Below, one piece after another: positions 1-8,304 of a stretch of 32,000 nucleotides of DNA. Every line of letters starts with the position of its first letter. Position 1 is the stretch's first letter. The position numbers and the translations under genes were made by a program. Under the pieces are notes generated by a model. The model saw only the letters and a program-made list of their open reading frames with translations. It was not told the origin of the DNA and made no database searches. This DNA comes from Crocosphaera subtropica ATCC 51142 (lineage in GTDB: Bacteria > Cyanobacteriota > Cyanobacteriia > Cyanobacteriales > Microcystaceae). Location of the stretch: NCBI RefSeq assembly GCF_000017845.1, contig NC_010546.1:2640001-2672000 (forward strand). The letters run 5' to 3'.

Positions 1-103
1 AATTTTCTACTAAATTAATCCCTAAAGCAGATTTTATTTTATAAAGGGGATAAATCATAACTACTAAAACTAATAGAGTAAGCGTCACTTTTAAGGGCTT
101 CAT
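1..103 (-). CDS. 5' end of a membrane or secreted protein gene that runs off the left edge (partial)
   Basis: Minus-strand ATG at 103-101 is followed by MKPLKVTLTLLVLVVMIYPLYKIKSALGINLVEN, open to position 1. The N-terminus is hydrophobic. It is absent from the ORF track because there is no stop inside the window. Confidence 0.3.
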   Translation of the reverse strand, partial: MKPLKVTLTLLVLVVMIYPLYKIKSALGINLVEN

Positions 104-355
104 AATACTTAAAATAATTAATGATCAAGCTATTTTAGCTATGAATCATCATTACAAACTGATATGACATTCTCATGACGATATTGTGAAACTCAGATGA
201 TATTGTTTATGATGACATTTAAACTTAGGCAAATAAATATGAAGTTATCTATCAGCTTTAGATAATAATGAAACGAAGACTTAATTTCGTAAGTAAGATT
301 GAGGTAGAGAAGAAACTCTCGCAAAGAACCTCTCAAAATAATCGAGGTGAGAGAT

Positions 356-913
356 ATGATGACATTCAAGCACAAACTTTTGTCAGTTGCTGGGTTCTCG
401 ACATTGATGAGTCTATTAATTAGTTCAGGAATGGTTCAAGCTATTCCCCTATGCTATATGGTGAATCAAACAGGTCAAACCCTTGATTTATCTTATATGT
501 GTAACCCAACTGTTGAGACAAATCAAACCTTAAATAATCAACAAGAAGAACGGACTTTCAGTCGTAGAGTTCCTGTTACTAATCAAACAACACAAGATCA
601 CTTCAGAACTTACACTGATGTCTACAAATATGTTAACAGCAATGACAATCAAGGAGATTCCTGGAACGATTTTCAATACTATAATCGATTCTTAGAGTTT
701 CCCAGTACCATGACAGGAAGAACAGCAATTAGACAAGAAATTAGTCCCAGAATTATTAGGTCTGAAGCAGTTAATTTTTATAATGCTGATTCTTCATTTA
801 ACCAACGACGCTTTACTACCAGAAGACCAGAAGATTTACGAAATGTTTCTAGTCAATATGTTTTAAATGGTCAAGGGGTTCTAGAATTAAGGTATTATAA
901 TCTGAGTGAATAG
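356..913 (+). CDS. Secreted hypothetical protein with signal peptide and a CYM..G....DLS..C motif
   Basis: The ORF track frame runs 347..913. ATG ATG at 356 sits behind a GAGGTGAGAG purine tract. The N-terminus MMTFKHKLLSVAGFSTLMSLLISSGMVQA looks like a Sec signal. The mature part is N/Q/T/R rich with NQT appearing three times. Confidence 0.6.
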   Translation: MMTFKHKLLSVAGFSTLMSLLISSGMVQAIPLCYMVNQTGQTLDLSYMCNPTVETNQTLNNQQEERTFSRRVPVTNQTTQDHFRTYTDVYKYVNSNDNQGDSWNDFQYYNRFLEFPSTMTGRTAIRQEISPRIIRSEAVNFYNADSSFNQRRFTTRRPEDLRNVSSQYVLNGQGVLELRYYNLSE

Positions 914-953
914 TATCTTTAGAATACAATGTTTGTGATCATGTTTTAATGTG

Positions 954-973
954 AAGCCTGTTAATTCAGGCTT
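954..973 (+). terminator. Hairpin downstream of the 356..913 gene
   Basis: AAGCCTG-TTAATT-CAGGCTT forms a 7 bp stem, followed by TATCGTTT. Confidence 0.45.
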
Positions 974-1021
974 TATCGTTTAATATATGAAAGTTATAAT
1001 AATATTAGGTGATTTAAAATT

Positions 1022-1585
1022 ATGGTAGAAACCAAAGTCAAACCATTAACTTTAGATGAATTTTTACAACTTCCTGAAACTAAACCAGCACAAGAATATG
1101 TTAATGGTCAAATTACACAAAAACCCATGCCTCAAGGAAAACATAGTCGCATTCAAGCAGAATTAATTATAGCTATTAATGCTATCAGTAAACCTCAAAA
1201 AATTTGTTATGCTTTTCCTGAACTCCGTTGTACTTTTGGCGGTCGTTCTCTGGTTCCTGACATAGTTGTTTTACAATGGGATAGAATTCCCCGTGAGGAA
1301 AATGGGGATATTGCTAATAGTTGTTTGACTTATCCTGATTGGACAATTGAAGTTTTATCACCTAATCAAAATTATGTTAAAGTAACAGGAAATATTTTGC
1401 ACTGTCTTAATTATGGAACTGGTTTAGGTTGGTTAATTGACCCTGAAACTCAATCGATTCTTGTTTTCTTATCTCAACAACAACCCCTATTATTACAAGA
1501 GTCAGAAGATAGTTTACCAGTTCCTGACTTCTTATCTGAACTAAAATTAACGGTAGGTGATATTTTTAGCTGGTTAAAATTGTAA
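1022..1585 (+). CDS. Uma2-family (DUF820) PD-(D/E)xK endonuclease-like protein
   Basis: The N-terminus is ...LTLDEFLQLPETKPAQEYVNGQI..KPMP.GKHSRIQAELI, followed by PELRC.F....VPDIVV and WTIEVLSPN. This is the layout I recall for this cyanobacteria-expanded family. Confidence 0.8.
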   Translation: MVETKVKPLTLDEFLQLPETKPAQEYVNGQITQKPMPQGKHSRIQAELIIAINAISKPQKICYAFPELRCTFGGRSLVPDIVVLQWDRIPREENGDIANSCLTYPDWTIEVLSPNQNYVKVTGNILHCLNYGTGLGWLIDPETQSILVFLSQQQPLLLQESEDSLPVPDFLSELKLTVGDIFSWLKL

Positions 1586-1590
1586 ACTGA

Positions 1591-2499
1591 TCACAGGTCT
1601 TTATTTACTGTTTCTAGCCAATGCAAAAAAATCTGATTAAAGCGATCAGGACATTCATCGTGAGGACAATGACCAGCATTATCTAATTCTTTTAACGTAA
1701 TTTTAGGATTTAACTTAGCAAATTGAGAGGCTAAACTAACAGGAACCATTCTATCTTGGCGACCCCAAACTAATAACATAGGAATGGTTAAATGAGGTAA
1801 AATCGTTTTAACAGGAGGGGCATAATTAGGCTTTCTGAGTCCTTCAAATAATAAACAAAATGTTCTCGCTGCCCCTTTATCTTGAGGGGGAATGGTAATC
1901 ATATCTACTAATTCATCGGTAATGGCTGATTTATCGTAATAAGCAATCCCAACCCAAGGGCGAATAACCCCAGGTCGACGGATAATATTAAAGAGGGTTC
2001 TTAAGAACAAAGGGGGGGCAAATAACCCTTCAATAGTATTGACAATTGGTCGTAATCTTTTGGGTATGGTTTCTTGTCTCAAAGAAACATCCGGTAAACT
2101 CAGCATAGTTAACCCTGCCACCATTTCAGGATATTTCAAGGCTACCGTTAGACAGACCAAAGAACCGATAGAATTGCCCACTAAAATAACCGGTTGACCG
2201 ATAAAGGTGCGCCAAAAATCATAAATCTGTTCGGCCCATAGATACACAGTGTATTCTGTGGCTGCTTTTTGCGATCGCCCAAATCCCAATAAATCTAAAG
2301 CATAAACTCGATACTGTTGTCCTAAAGTTGGTATATTGTGTCGCCAATGTTCGACGGCCGCCCCAAATCCATGTAATAACATTAAAGGAGGTTTCTCCTC
2401 ATGTTTACCCGGTAAAAAAGTGTAACGAATTGGCCAACCTCGCCAAATCCATTGTCTTTGCCGTCCGATACGCTTCTCCCAAGGTTGTTGATGAGTCAC
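1591..2499 (-). CDS. Alpha/beta-fold hydrolase
   Basis: HGFG oxyanion motif (LLHGFGAAVEHW), nucleophile elbow GNSIGS, and C-terminal NAGHCPHDE carrying the catalytic His. Confidence 0.85.
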   Translation of the reverse strand: MTHQQPWEKRIGRQRQWIWRGWPIRYTFLPGKHEEKPPLMLLHGFGAAVEHWRHNIPTLGQQYRVYALDLLGFGRSQKAATEYTVYLWAEQIYDFWRTFIGQPVILVGNSIGSLVCLTVALKYPEMVAGLTMLSLPDVSLRQETIPKRLRPIVNTIEGLFAPPLFLRTLFNIIRRPGVIRPWVGIAYYDKSAITDELVDMITIPPQDKGAARTFCLLFEGLRKPNYAPPVKTILPHLTIPMLLVWGRQDRMVPVSLASQFAKLNPKITLKELDNAGHCPHDECPDRFNQIFLHWLETVNKDL

Positions 2500-2740
2500 C
2501 CAATTATCCTGTTATAAATCTTTACACCTTTTTATTTTACGATGGCTCGCAGAAGGATTAAACTAGGGGATAAACAGGGATGAAATTATCGTCAACGATA
2601 AATTACCCAAACTTAACAATATAAGTCAATAAATACCACCAGAACTTAGTAGAAAATGATTACAATAAAGCAGGCTACTATTACAGCCTTAATCGACTAC
2701 TAACGTTCATCAATCATATCGAGAGACATTACAAACGCCT

Positions 2741-3280
2741 GTGATAGATAAAAGACGCACACAACGCGATCTCCCCAAAATCAACGAAAGAATCCGCTTC
2801 CCCGAAGTTCGAGTCATCGATAGTGATGGTTCACAATTAGGGATTATTACCCCTGAAGAAGCCTTAAATGTTGCTCAAGAACGAGATTTAGACCTGGTAT
2901 TAGTTAGCGAAACCGCTAAACCTCCCGTGTGCCGTATTATGGACTACGGTAAATATAAATTTGAACAGGAGAAAAAAGCCAGGGAAGCTAAGAAAAAACA
3001 ACACACGGCTGACGTTAAGGAAGTGAAAATGCGCTATAAAATATCAGAGCATGATTATCAAGTGCGAGTCAATCAGGCTAAACGCTTTCTGAAGTCAGGG
3101 GATAAAGTCAAAGCAACCATTACCTTTCGAGGGCGAGAAATACAACACTCTAACCTAGCACAAGAGTTATTGAGTCGCATGGCCGCTGATTTGAAAGAAT
3201 TAGCAGAAATTCAACAAGCTCCAAAACGAGAAGGCCGTAACATGATGATGTTAATGAGTCCGAAAAAAGAGTCAAAATGA
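2741..3280 (+). CDS. infC: Translation initiation factor IF-3
   Basis: [65 protein letters not shown] and [10 protein letters not shown] are classic IF-3 N- and C-domain strings. The start is GTG; there is no in-frame ATG. Confidence 0.95.
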   Translation: MIDKRRTQRDLPKINERIRFPEVRVIDSDGSQLGIITPEEALNVAQERDLDLVLVSETAKPPVCRIMDYGKYKFEQEKKAREAKKKQHTADVKEVKMRYKISEHDYQVRVNQAKRFLKSGDKVKATITFRGREIQHSNLAQELLSRMAADLKELAEIQQAPKREGRNMMMLMSPKKESK

Positions 3281-3403
3281 CCTAAGAAGATGAAGGGATG
3301 AAGAAATAAAAAAAAAATAGAGTAACCGTTCAAGTCCCTAACAATATGAATCTTCTTATTGCTAAAATTATTTTTACCTTTACTTGAAACAATAAAAATG
3401 TTT

Positions 3404-3437
3404 AGACAGGCGTGCTATAGTACGTCTGTCTTTGTTT
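3404..3437 (+). terminator. Rho-independent terminator-like hairpin about 125 nt after infC
   Basis: AGACAGGCGT-GCTATAGT-ACGTCTGTCT forms a 10 bp stem with one mismatch, followed by TTGTTT. Confidence 0.45.
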
Positions 3438-3464
3438 AAGCGAAAAAAATAGAGGCAAGAAGTG

Positions 3465-3941
3465 ATGAAAATTTTGCAATTCTTTACTTTATTAGTAATA
3501 GGATTATTGATGGTAATGTTGGTGAATGTTATGGCTATGTCTGCTAATGGTGAGAGTAATTCCCTCTTACTAGAAAAATTAAAAGAAAATCATCAATTAT
3601 GGCGATCGCAACAGATAGAAAATTATCAATATATCTATCAACAACGATGTTTTTGTCCCCTCCCAAGCAATGCCCCTCTCAAAGTTTCCGTTAAAAATGA
3701 TAAAATTACTCAAGTTGTTAATTTAAACAATAATCAAGTTCTCACCGATTTAACATTACCAAAAACCATTGAGGAACTGTTTAACATTATTAAAGAAGCC
3801 ATTAAACGCAATGCTGATGAAATTTTAATTACTTATGATGTGACTTGGGGTTATCCAACCCGTGTGGCTATCGACTATCAAAAAATCTTAGCAGATGATG
3901 AAATAACCTATACGGTTGAAAACTTGAGCAAACTAAATTAA
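3465..3941 (+). CDS. Secreted hypothetical protein (DUF6174-like by recollection)
   Basis: AGAGG lies 10 nt upstream of ATG 3465; the track starts at GTG 3462. The N-terminus MKILQFFTLLVIGLLMVMLVNVMA is hydrophobic. It contains an RCFCP motif and a GYP..V.IDY...ADDE tail. Confidence 0.6.
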   Translation: MKILQFFTLLVIGLLMVMLVNVMAMSANGESNSLLLEKLKENHQLWRSQQIENYQYIYQQRCFCPLPSNAPLKVSVKNDKITQVVNLNNNQVLTDLTLPKTIEELFNIIKEAIKRNADEILITYDVTWGYPTRVAIDYQKILADDEITYTVENLSKLN

Positions 3942-3960
3942 ATTCCCCCGAAAAAAGCTT

Positions 3961-5682
3961 ATGATTAAACCTAGAGATGTACAAGTTTGTCCCATTGCTT
4001 CTGATACTATTGTCATGCGATCACGGACATGGGAACGATTAAAATTTGAAATTGAATACGGACTTAAACGGGGAACCACCGCTAATTCTTACCTTATTCA
4101 AGGGGATAAAATTGCCTTGATTGATCCCCCAGGGGAATCCTTTACGGAAATCTTTTTAAAAGCCCTTCAAGAACGTATTGATCCGACTACTATTGATTAT
4201 TTAATTTTGGGTCATGTTAACCCCAACCGAGGGGAAACCATTAAGGCGTTACTGAAAATTGCTCCCCAGATTACCATTATTTGTTCTAATCCAGGGGCAT
4301 TGCTATTACCTAATCTTTTATTACCTGAATTTCCCCCTAAGTTAAAAGTGGTCAAAGGGGAAGATATCTTAGATTTGGGGAAAGGACATCAACTCGAATT
4401 TATTACAACCCCGAACCCTCGTTACCCGGCTCAACTCTGTACCTACGACCCGAAAACAGAGATTCTCTACACGGATAAACTATTTGGGTCCCATGTGTGC
4501 GGAGATCAAATTTTTGATGAAGGGTGGAGTGTTTATGCTGAAGATCGACGCTATTATTTTGATTGTTTGATCGCTCCCTATGCTAAACAAATTAACACCG
4601 CTTTAGAAAAATTAAGCCGTAAACCGGCTCAGATTTATGGAACTGGTCACGGGCCATTAGTCCGTTATGGGTTAAGGGAGTTAACGGACTCCTATCAACA
4701 GTGGTTAGAAGCACAAAAAGCAAACACCCTTAGCGTTGCACTTATTTACGCCTCTGCTTACGGCAATACAGCGACTTTATCCCAAGCGATCGCCAGTGGT
4801 ATTACCAAAGCCGGCGTGAGGGTGGAATCTATCAACGCAGAAGTCGCTGAACCAGATGACATCAAAGAAGCCATTAATAACTGTTCCGGGTTTATTTTTG
4901 GTTCCCCTACCTTGGGCGGCCACGCGCCAACTCAGATCCAAACGGCCTTAGGGATCACCCTAGCCAATGCGGATAAGTCGAAACTAGCTGGTGTATTTGG
5001 CTCCTATGGCTGGAGTGGAGAAGCCATAGACCTCTTAGAAAGTAAATTTCGGGATGGGGGTTATCAATTCGGTTTCGACCCCATCAGGGTGAAATTTAGC
5101 CCCACTCAGGCAACGCTAAAAACTTGTGAGGAAGCCGGGACGGACTTTGCTCAAGCGGTGAAAAAAGCCCAAAAACGCCGTCAACCGAAGAATTCTGTCA
5201 GTCAGTCTCAGACTGATCGCCTACAACAAGCTTTAGGACGTATTGTAGGGTCATTGTCCATTGTTACCTGTCAAGAGGAAGAGTTAAGTGGGGCGATGTT
5301 GGCTTCTTGGATCTCTCAAGCGACGTTTAACCCTCCTGGTTTTACGGTAGCAGTGGCAAAAGAACGGGCGATCGAATCGTTGTTACATAAGGGTAATTCT
5401 TTTGTCTTGAATATTCTCAGAGAAGGGGATCATATTGGGTTAATGAAGCATTTTCTGAAGCCCTTTTCTCCTGGTGAAGATCGCTTTGAGGGAGTGAAAA
5501 CACAGGTTGCTGATAATGGTTCTCCCATTTTGCAAGATGCATTAGCTTATTTAGAGTGTAAGGTAGGCGATCGCATGGAATGTGGGGATCATTGGGTGAT
5601 TTATGCGATCGTTACCAAAGGTGAAGTGTTGCAAGATGGCGTAACTGCGATCCATCATCGTAAGTCTGGTAGTCATTATTAA
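3961..5682 (+). CDS. C-type flavodiiron protein (metallo-beta-lactamase-like + flavodoxin-like + flavin-reductase domains), FlvA (Flv1/Flv2)-like
   Basis: The 573 aa three-domain architecture begins with RGTTANSYLI in the beta-lactamase-like N-domain. The flavodoxin block is LIYASAYGNTA...FGSPTLGGH...FGSYGWSGEA. The C-terminal flavin-reductase-like block is GAMLASWISQATFNPPGFTVAV. The canonical H-x-E-x-D-H position reads H-V-N-P-N-R. Confidence 0.9.
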   Translation: MIKPRDVQVCPIASDTIVMRSRTWERLKFEIEYGLKRGTTANSYLIQGDKIALIDPPGESFTEIFLKALQERIDPTTIDYLILGHVNPNRGETIKALLKIAPQITIICSNPGALLLPNLLLPEFPPKLKVVKGEDILDLGKGHQLEFITTPNPRYPAQLCTYDPKTEILYTDKLFGSHVCGDQIFDEGWSVYAEDRRYYFDCLIAPYAKQINTALEKLSRKPAQIYGTGHGPLVRYGLRELTDSYQQWLEAQKANTLSVALIYASAYGNTATLSQAIASGITKAGVRVESINAEVAEPDDIKEAINNCSGFIFGSPTLGGHAPTQIQTALGITLANADKSKLAGVFGSYGWSGEAIDLLESKFRDGGYQFGFDPIRVKFSPTQATLKTCEEAGTDFAQAVKKAQKRRQPKNSVSQSQTDRLQQALGRIVGSLSIVTCQEEELSGAMLASWISQATFNPPGFTVAVAKERAIESLLHKGNSFVLNILREGDHIGLMKHFLKPFSPGEDRFEGVKTQVADNGSPILQDALAYLECKVGDRMECGDHWVIYAIVTKGEVLQDGVTAIHHRKSGSHY

Positions 5683-5694
5683 ACAGATAAGATT

Positions 5695-5734
5695 ATGTAG
5701 GGGCTTAATATATATTATTAAGCCCACACTACAT
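5695..5734 (+). terminator. Strong hairpin directly after flv
   Basis: GGGCTTAATA-TATAT-TATTAAGCCC forms a perfect 10 bp stem at 5701-5725. It is extended by ATGTAG/CTACAT with a 3 nt bulge. No clear T-run follows. Confidence 0.5.
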
Positions 5735-5836
5735 AAAAGTCTAAAGCTTGTGATGACAATTTCTCGATTAATCGCAATATTATTCAGGGGTTATAATTAA
5801 CAATTAGGGAACAGCACCATCTCCTATGGTAGGTTA

Positions 5837-6088
5837 ATGAACAAAAAACAGCGTAAAATATATGATGCTCTTTTTGCTGAACCCATTCGACGCAATATCC
5901 TATGGAATGATGTCGTAAGTTTAATTAAAGGGATAGGAGGTAAAGTCGTTCAGGGAGATGGTTCAAGAGTCAGATTTGATCTTAATGAGATTTCCCTTAA
6001 TATTCATTCTCCCCACCCTCAAAAAGAACTAAAAAGATATCAAGTTAAAGCGATTCGTGAATTTTTAATTAAAGCAGGAATTAAATGA
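5837..6088 (+). CDS. hicA: HicA-family type II toxin (mRNA interferase-like)
   Basis: The 83 aa protein has ....I.W.DV.SL....G..V..G.GSRVRF.L......H.PHP..EL....VK.IR.FL..AG, which matches the HicA subfamily I recall. It overlaps the next ORF by 4 nt (ATGA). Confidence 0.7.
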   Translation: MNKKQRKIYDALFAEPIRRNILWNDVVSLIKGIGGKVVQGDGSRVRFDLNEISLNIHSPHPQKELKRYQVKAIREFLIKAGIK

Positions 6089-6318
6089 TGAAATACAAAG
6101 GATATGAAGCAAAAATTGAGTATGACGAAGAAGACCGTTTATTTTTTGGTCGTGTTATTAATATAAAAGATGTTATTGTTTTTGATGGCTTATCTGTTGA
6201 TGAATTAGAACAAGCTTTTCATGAGGTTATTGACGAATATTTATCAGATTGTCAAACATTGAATAAAACCCCAGAGAAACCCATCTCTCAATTATCATCA
6301 TTGATGAGTGGAGAATGA
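6085..6318 (+). CDS. hicB: HicB-family antitoxin, short form (N-terminal HicB fold only)
   Basis: KYKGYEAKIEYDEEDRLFFGRVINIKDVIVFDGLSVDELEQAFHEVIDEYLSDCQ is the typical HicB N-domain. The gene is translationally coupled to hicA. The protein ends at 77 aa without an RHH or HTH tail. Confidence 0.7.
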   Translation: MMKYKGYEAKIEYDEEDRLFFGRVINIKDVIVFDGLSVDELEQAFHEVIDEYLSDCQTLNKTPEKPISQLSSLMSGE

Positions 6319-6496
6319 TAACTGATAATGGTTATGCTACTCCTAACCTTTCCTCCATTAAAACTTGATACTAATTCTCAAAAGTTATGAGAAACTTAAC
6401 CCGTCATTGCGAGGGGCAATATAAACAGTTAACTTTGATCATTACTAGAAATACCCCGAAGCAATCTACCATTATGATTTAATCATTCTTGAAGGT

Positions 6497-6961
6497 TTAA
6501 AGAGGTAAATAATCTAAATTTAAAATATCATCTAATAAAAAAGGACAATCTTGAGGGAATTGATTGATAGGTAAACCGGTTTCATCTGCTGCTAACCGTC
6601 TAGCATCTTGATAGGATTTATCAAAAATTTCTCTTAAAAAAGGGTTTAAACTAGGACTGTTTTCTAGACTATCCCTAATTCTTTGTCGGTGTTCTGTGAT
6701 AGTATAACGCCAACTATTAGTTATTTTATTGGGTTGATATTTATACTTAAGTAGGTGCATGAGTAAAATTTTTAAATTGCTTTTTAAGGCATTTTTTTCG
6801 CTTCTCCCCATAGCTTCTAATTCTTCGATTAAGTTATCGTAATCAATTTCTAATAATTTTCCTTCTTTGAGAGAATTAATGGTTGTTTCTAACCAGAGGT
6901 TAAAATCTTGGTCATAAAGGGTTTCTTTTAGTTTGTTTTGATCTAGGGAAATTTTAGACAT
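6497..6961 (-). CDS. DUF29 domain protein
   Basis: LYDQDFNLWLE.T...L......EIDYDNLIEELE.MGRSEK.AL.S.L..LL.HLLK..YQP is the signature DUF29 helical bundle, which is common in cyanobacteria. Confidence 0.85.
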   Translation of the reverse strand: MSKISLDQNKLKETLYDQDFNLWLETTINSLKEGKLLEIDYDNLIEELEAMGRSEKNALKSNLKILLMHLLKYKYQPNKITNSWRYTITEHRQRIRDSLENSPSLNPFLREIFDKSYQDARRLAADETGLPINQFPQDCPFLLDDILNLDYLPL

Positions 6962-7005
6962 TATTGGTGGTTTCTTTGTCTTGTATATACAATATTATTT
7001 TTATG

Positions 7006-8249
7006 TTATTCGGCTTCATCAAAATACTGGTGAGTTATATTGTCCCCTTCTGTTTCTATTTCATCTATTTCATTATCAGTCATTTGCAACTCTTTTTTCG
7101 CAAAAATCTTTCTTGCTTGTTTATCTAAAATTTTGATGATATTAGTTTTATCTTCTTTAATAGCTTCTAAATCATTTTTTTGTAAAAGAATCATGTAGTA
7201 TCTAGAGACATCCATCATACGAGAAGCATATTGAAAAGCATCACGGGTAAATTCTCCTGTGGTAACTATCATGACAACATCAGCACCTGTTACAAATGTC
7301 ATTCCAATTTCTTTCGCTAATACATCTACATCTACTTTTTTAGTGTTTTTACATTGAATTTGCCAGCGACTGTACACAAATCTATCTGATGCCGCTAAAA
7401 CATCAACTTCTCCACCTCCTGTTGACTCATAACTACGCAATCTCCAAGACGTAAATCTTAGGCTTGTTAGTCTAATCATCCAAATTGCTAATCATTCAAG
7501 AGCTTTCCCTTTAATATGTTTATCAGGATGTTCAAGGTCAATAATAACATCTTCAAAACTTCTATTTAATTCAACTGACGAAATTTCAGTTAAATCTGCA
7601 ATTGTATTAATGAGATAGCCTACTAACTCATTGTTAGCTTTATCAGTTAGCTTTACTAAGTTTGGTTTTGCTCCCCTTCCCTTAGTTGTTTTTCGAGATT
7701 CTATAAGTTCTAAGTCAACTAAAGGATCAATAACATCTTTCACAAATGATTTTGTCGGAAAACGAATTTGATAACGACTTCTTGCATATTTAACAATGGT
7801 GTTCCAAGCTGTCAGTTGATTAATACCTAATTGAATCATTGATAATAAAAAATATTTTTGATAAGAATTTAATGTATATAAATTATCAATGTAGTCTCGA
7901 TTAGTTCCTATTAAATCATAAACAATATCCCAATCAATACTATATTTATTAATTAATCAGTTAACTGGTACTTACTTCCTGCATCATTGGTATTTTGAAT
8001 GAGTTGATAGGCTCTCAATGATAAAAAGCAATTCATAGCAAGTTTTCGCTTATTATCGTTAGCTAATACTGAATCAGAACTACCTCCAGAATGCTTTATA
8101 AAATATCGATCTAAAATTTCTTGCTCGAGTCTGTTTCTGTCTGGTTGACAACTTTCACATAGCCTAATAATTTCTAATAGAGAAAACTTTTCTGGTTGGA
8201 ACTGATCCCCATAGGTAAATCGAATCTTATTAGATTTATTTCTATTCAT
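7006..8249 (-). pseudogene. Disrupted restriction endonuclease (N-terminal recognition region + C-terminal Mrr-like PD-(D/E)xK domain), split into three ORFs
   Basis: The ORFs are 7953..8249, 7492..7839 and 7006..7479. The middle frame stays stop-free upstream of its ATG up to 7956 and changes frame exactly at the stop of the first ORF (7953-7955). The middle and last ORFs are in the same frame, separated only by TGA at 7494-7492 plus 4 codons. Read through, the sequence gives KGKALE*LAIWMIRL...GGGEVDVLA...WQIQCK...IVTTGEFT, a contiguous Mrr-type catalytic domain. Confidence 0.6.
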
Positions 8250-8304
8250 TGAATAATTGTTATAAAAATTAGGTAAATATAGTAATGTTGAATATGTAAA
8301 GTGA

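Noticed and set aside
2586-2601. Palindrome TTATCG-TCAA-CGATAA in the divergent region between the hydrolase gene and infC.
   Set aside because: It is a short, isolated 6 bp inverted repeat and could arise by chance in AT-rich DNA. There is no supporting second site.
5683-5836. An att-like direct repeat of the tRNA-Cys 3' end at the far border of the islet.
   Set aside because: I could not find a match of 10 nt or more to the tRNA 3' half. Only trivial 6-7-mers are shared.
6406-6465. Imperfect inverted repeat ATTGCGAGGGG ... CCCCGAAGCAAT downstream of hicB. It is reminiscent of the CATTGCGAG...GAAGCAATC small palindromic repeats I recall from other cyanobacterial genomes.
   Set aside because: Only 9 paired bases with an internal loop, and a single copy in this window. 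The family resemblance is from memory only, which is too weak to call a MITE or a structured RNA.
7953-8249. Reading the 98 aa ORF after the methyltransferase as a C (controller) protein of the R-M system.
   Set aside because: It has no helix-turn-helix-like segment. The downstream frame continues open from exactly its stop codon, so an N-terminal fragment of the nuclease is the simpler reading.
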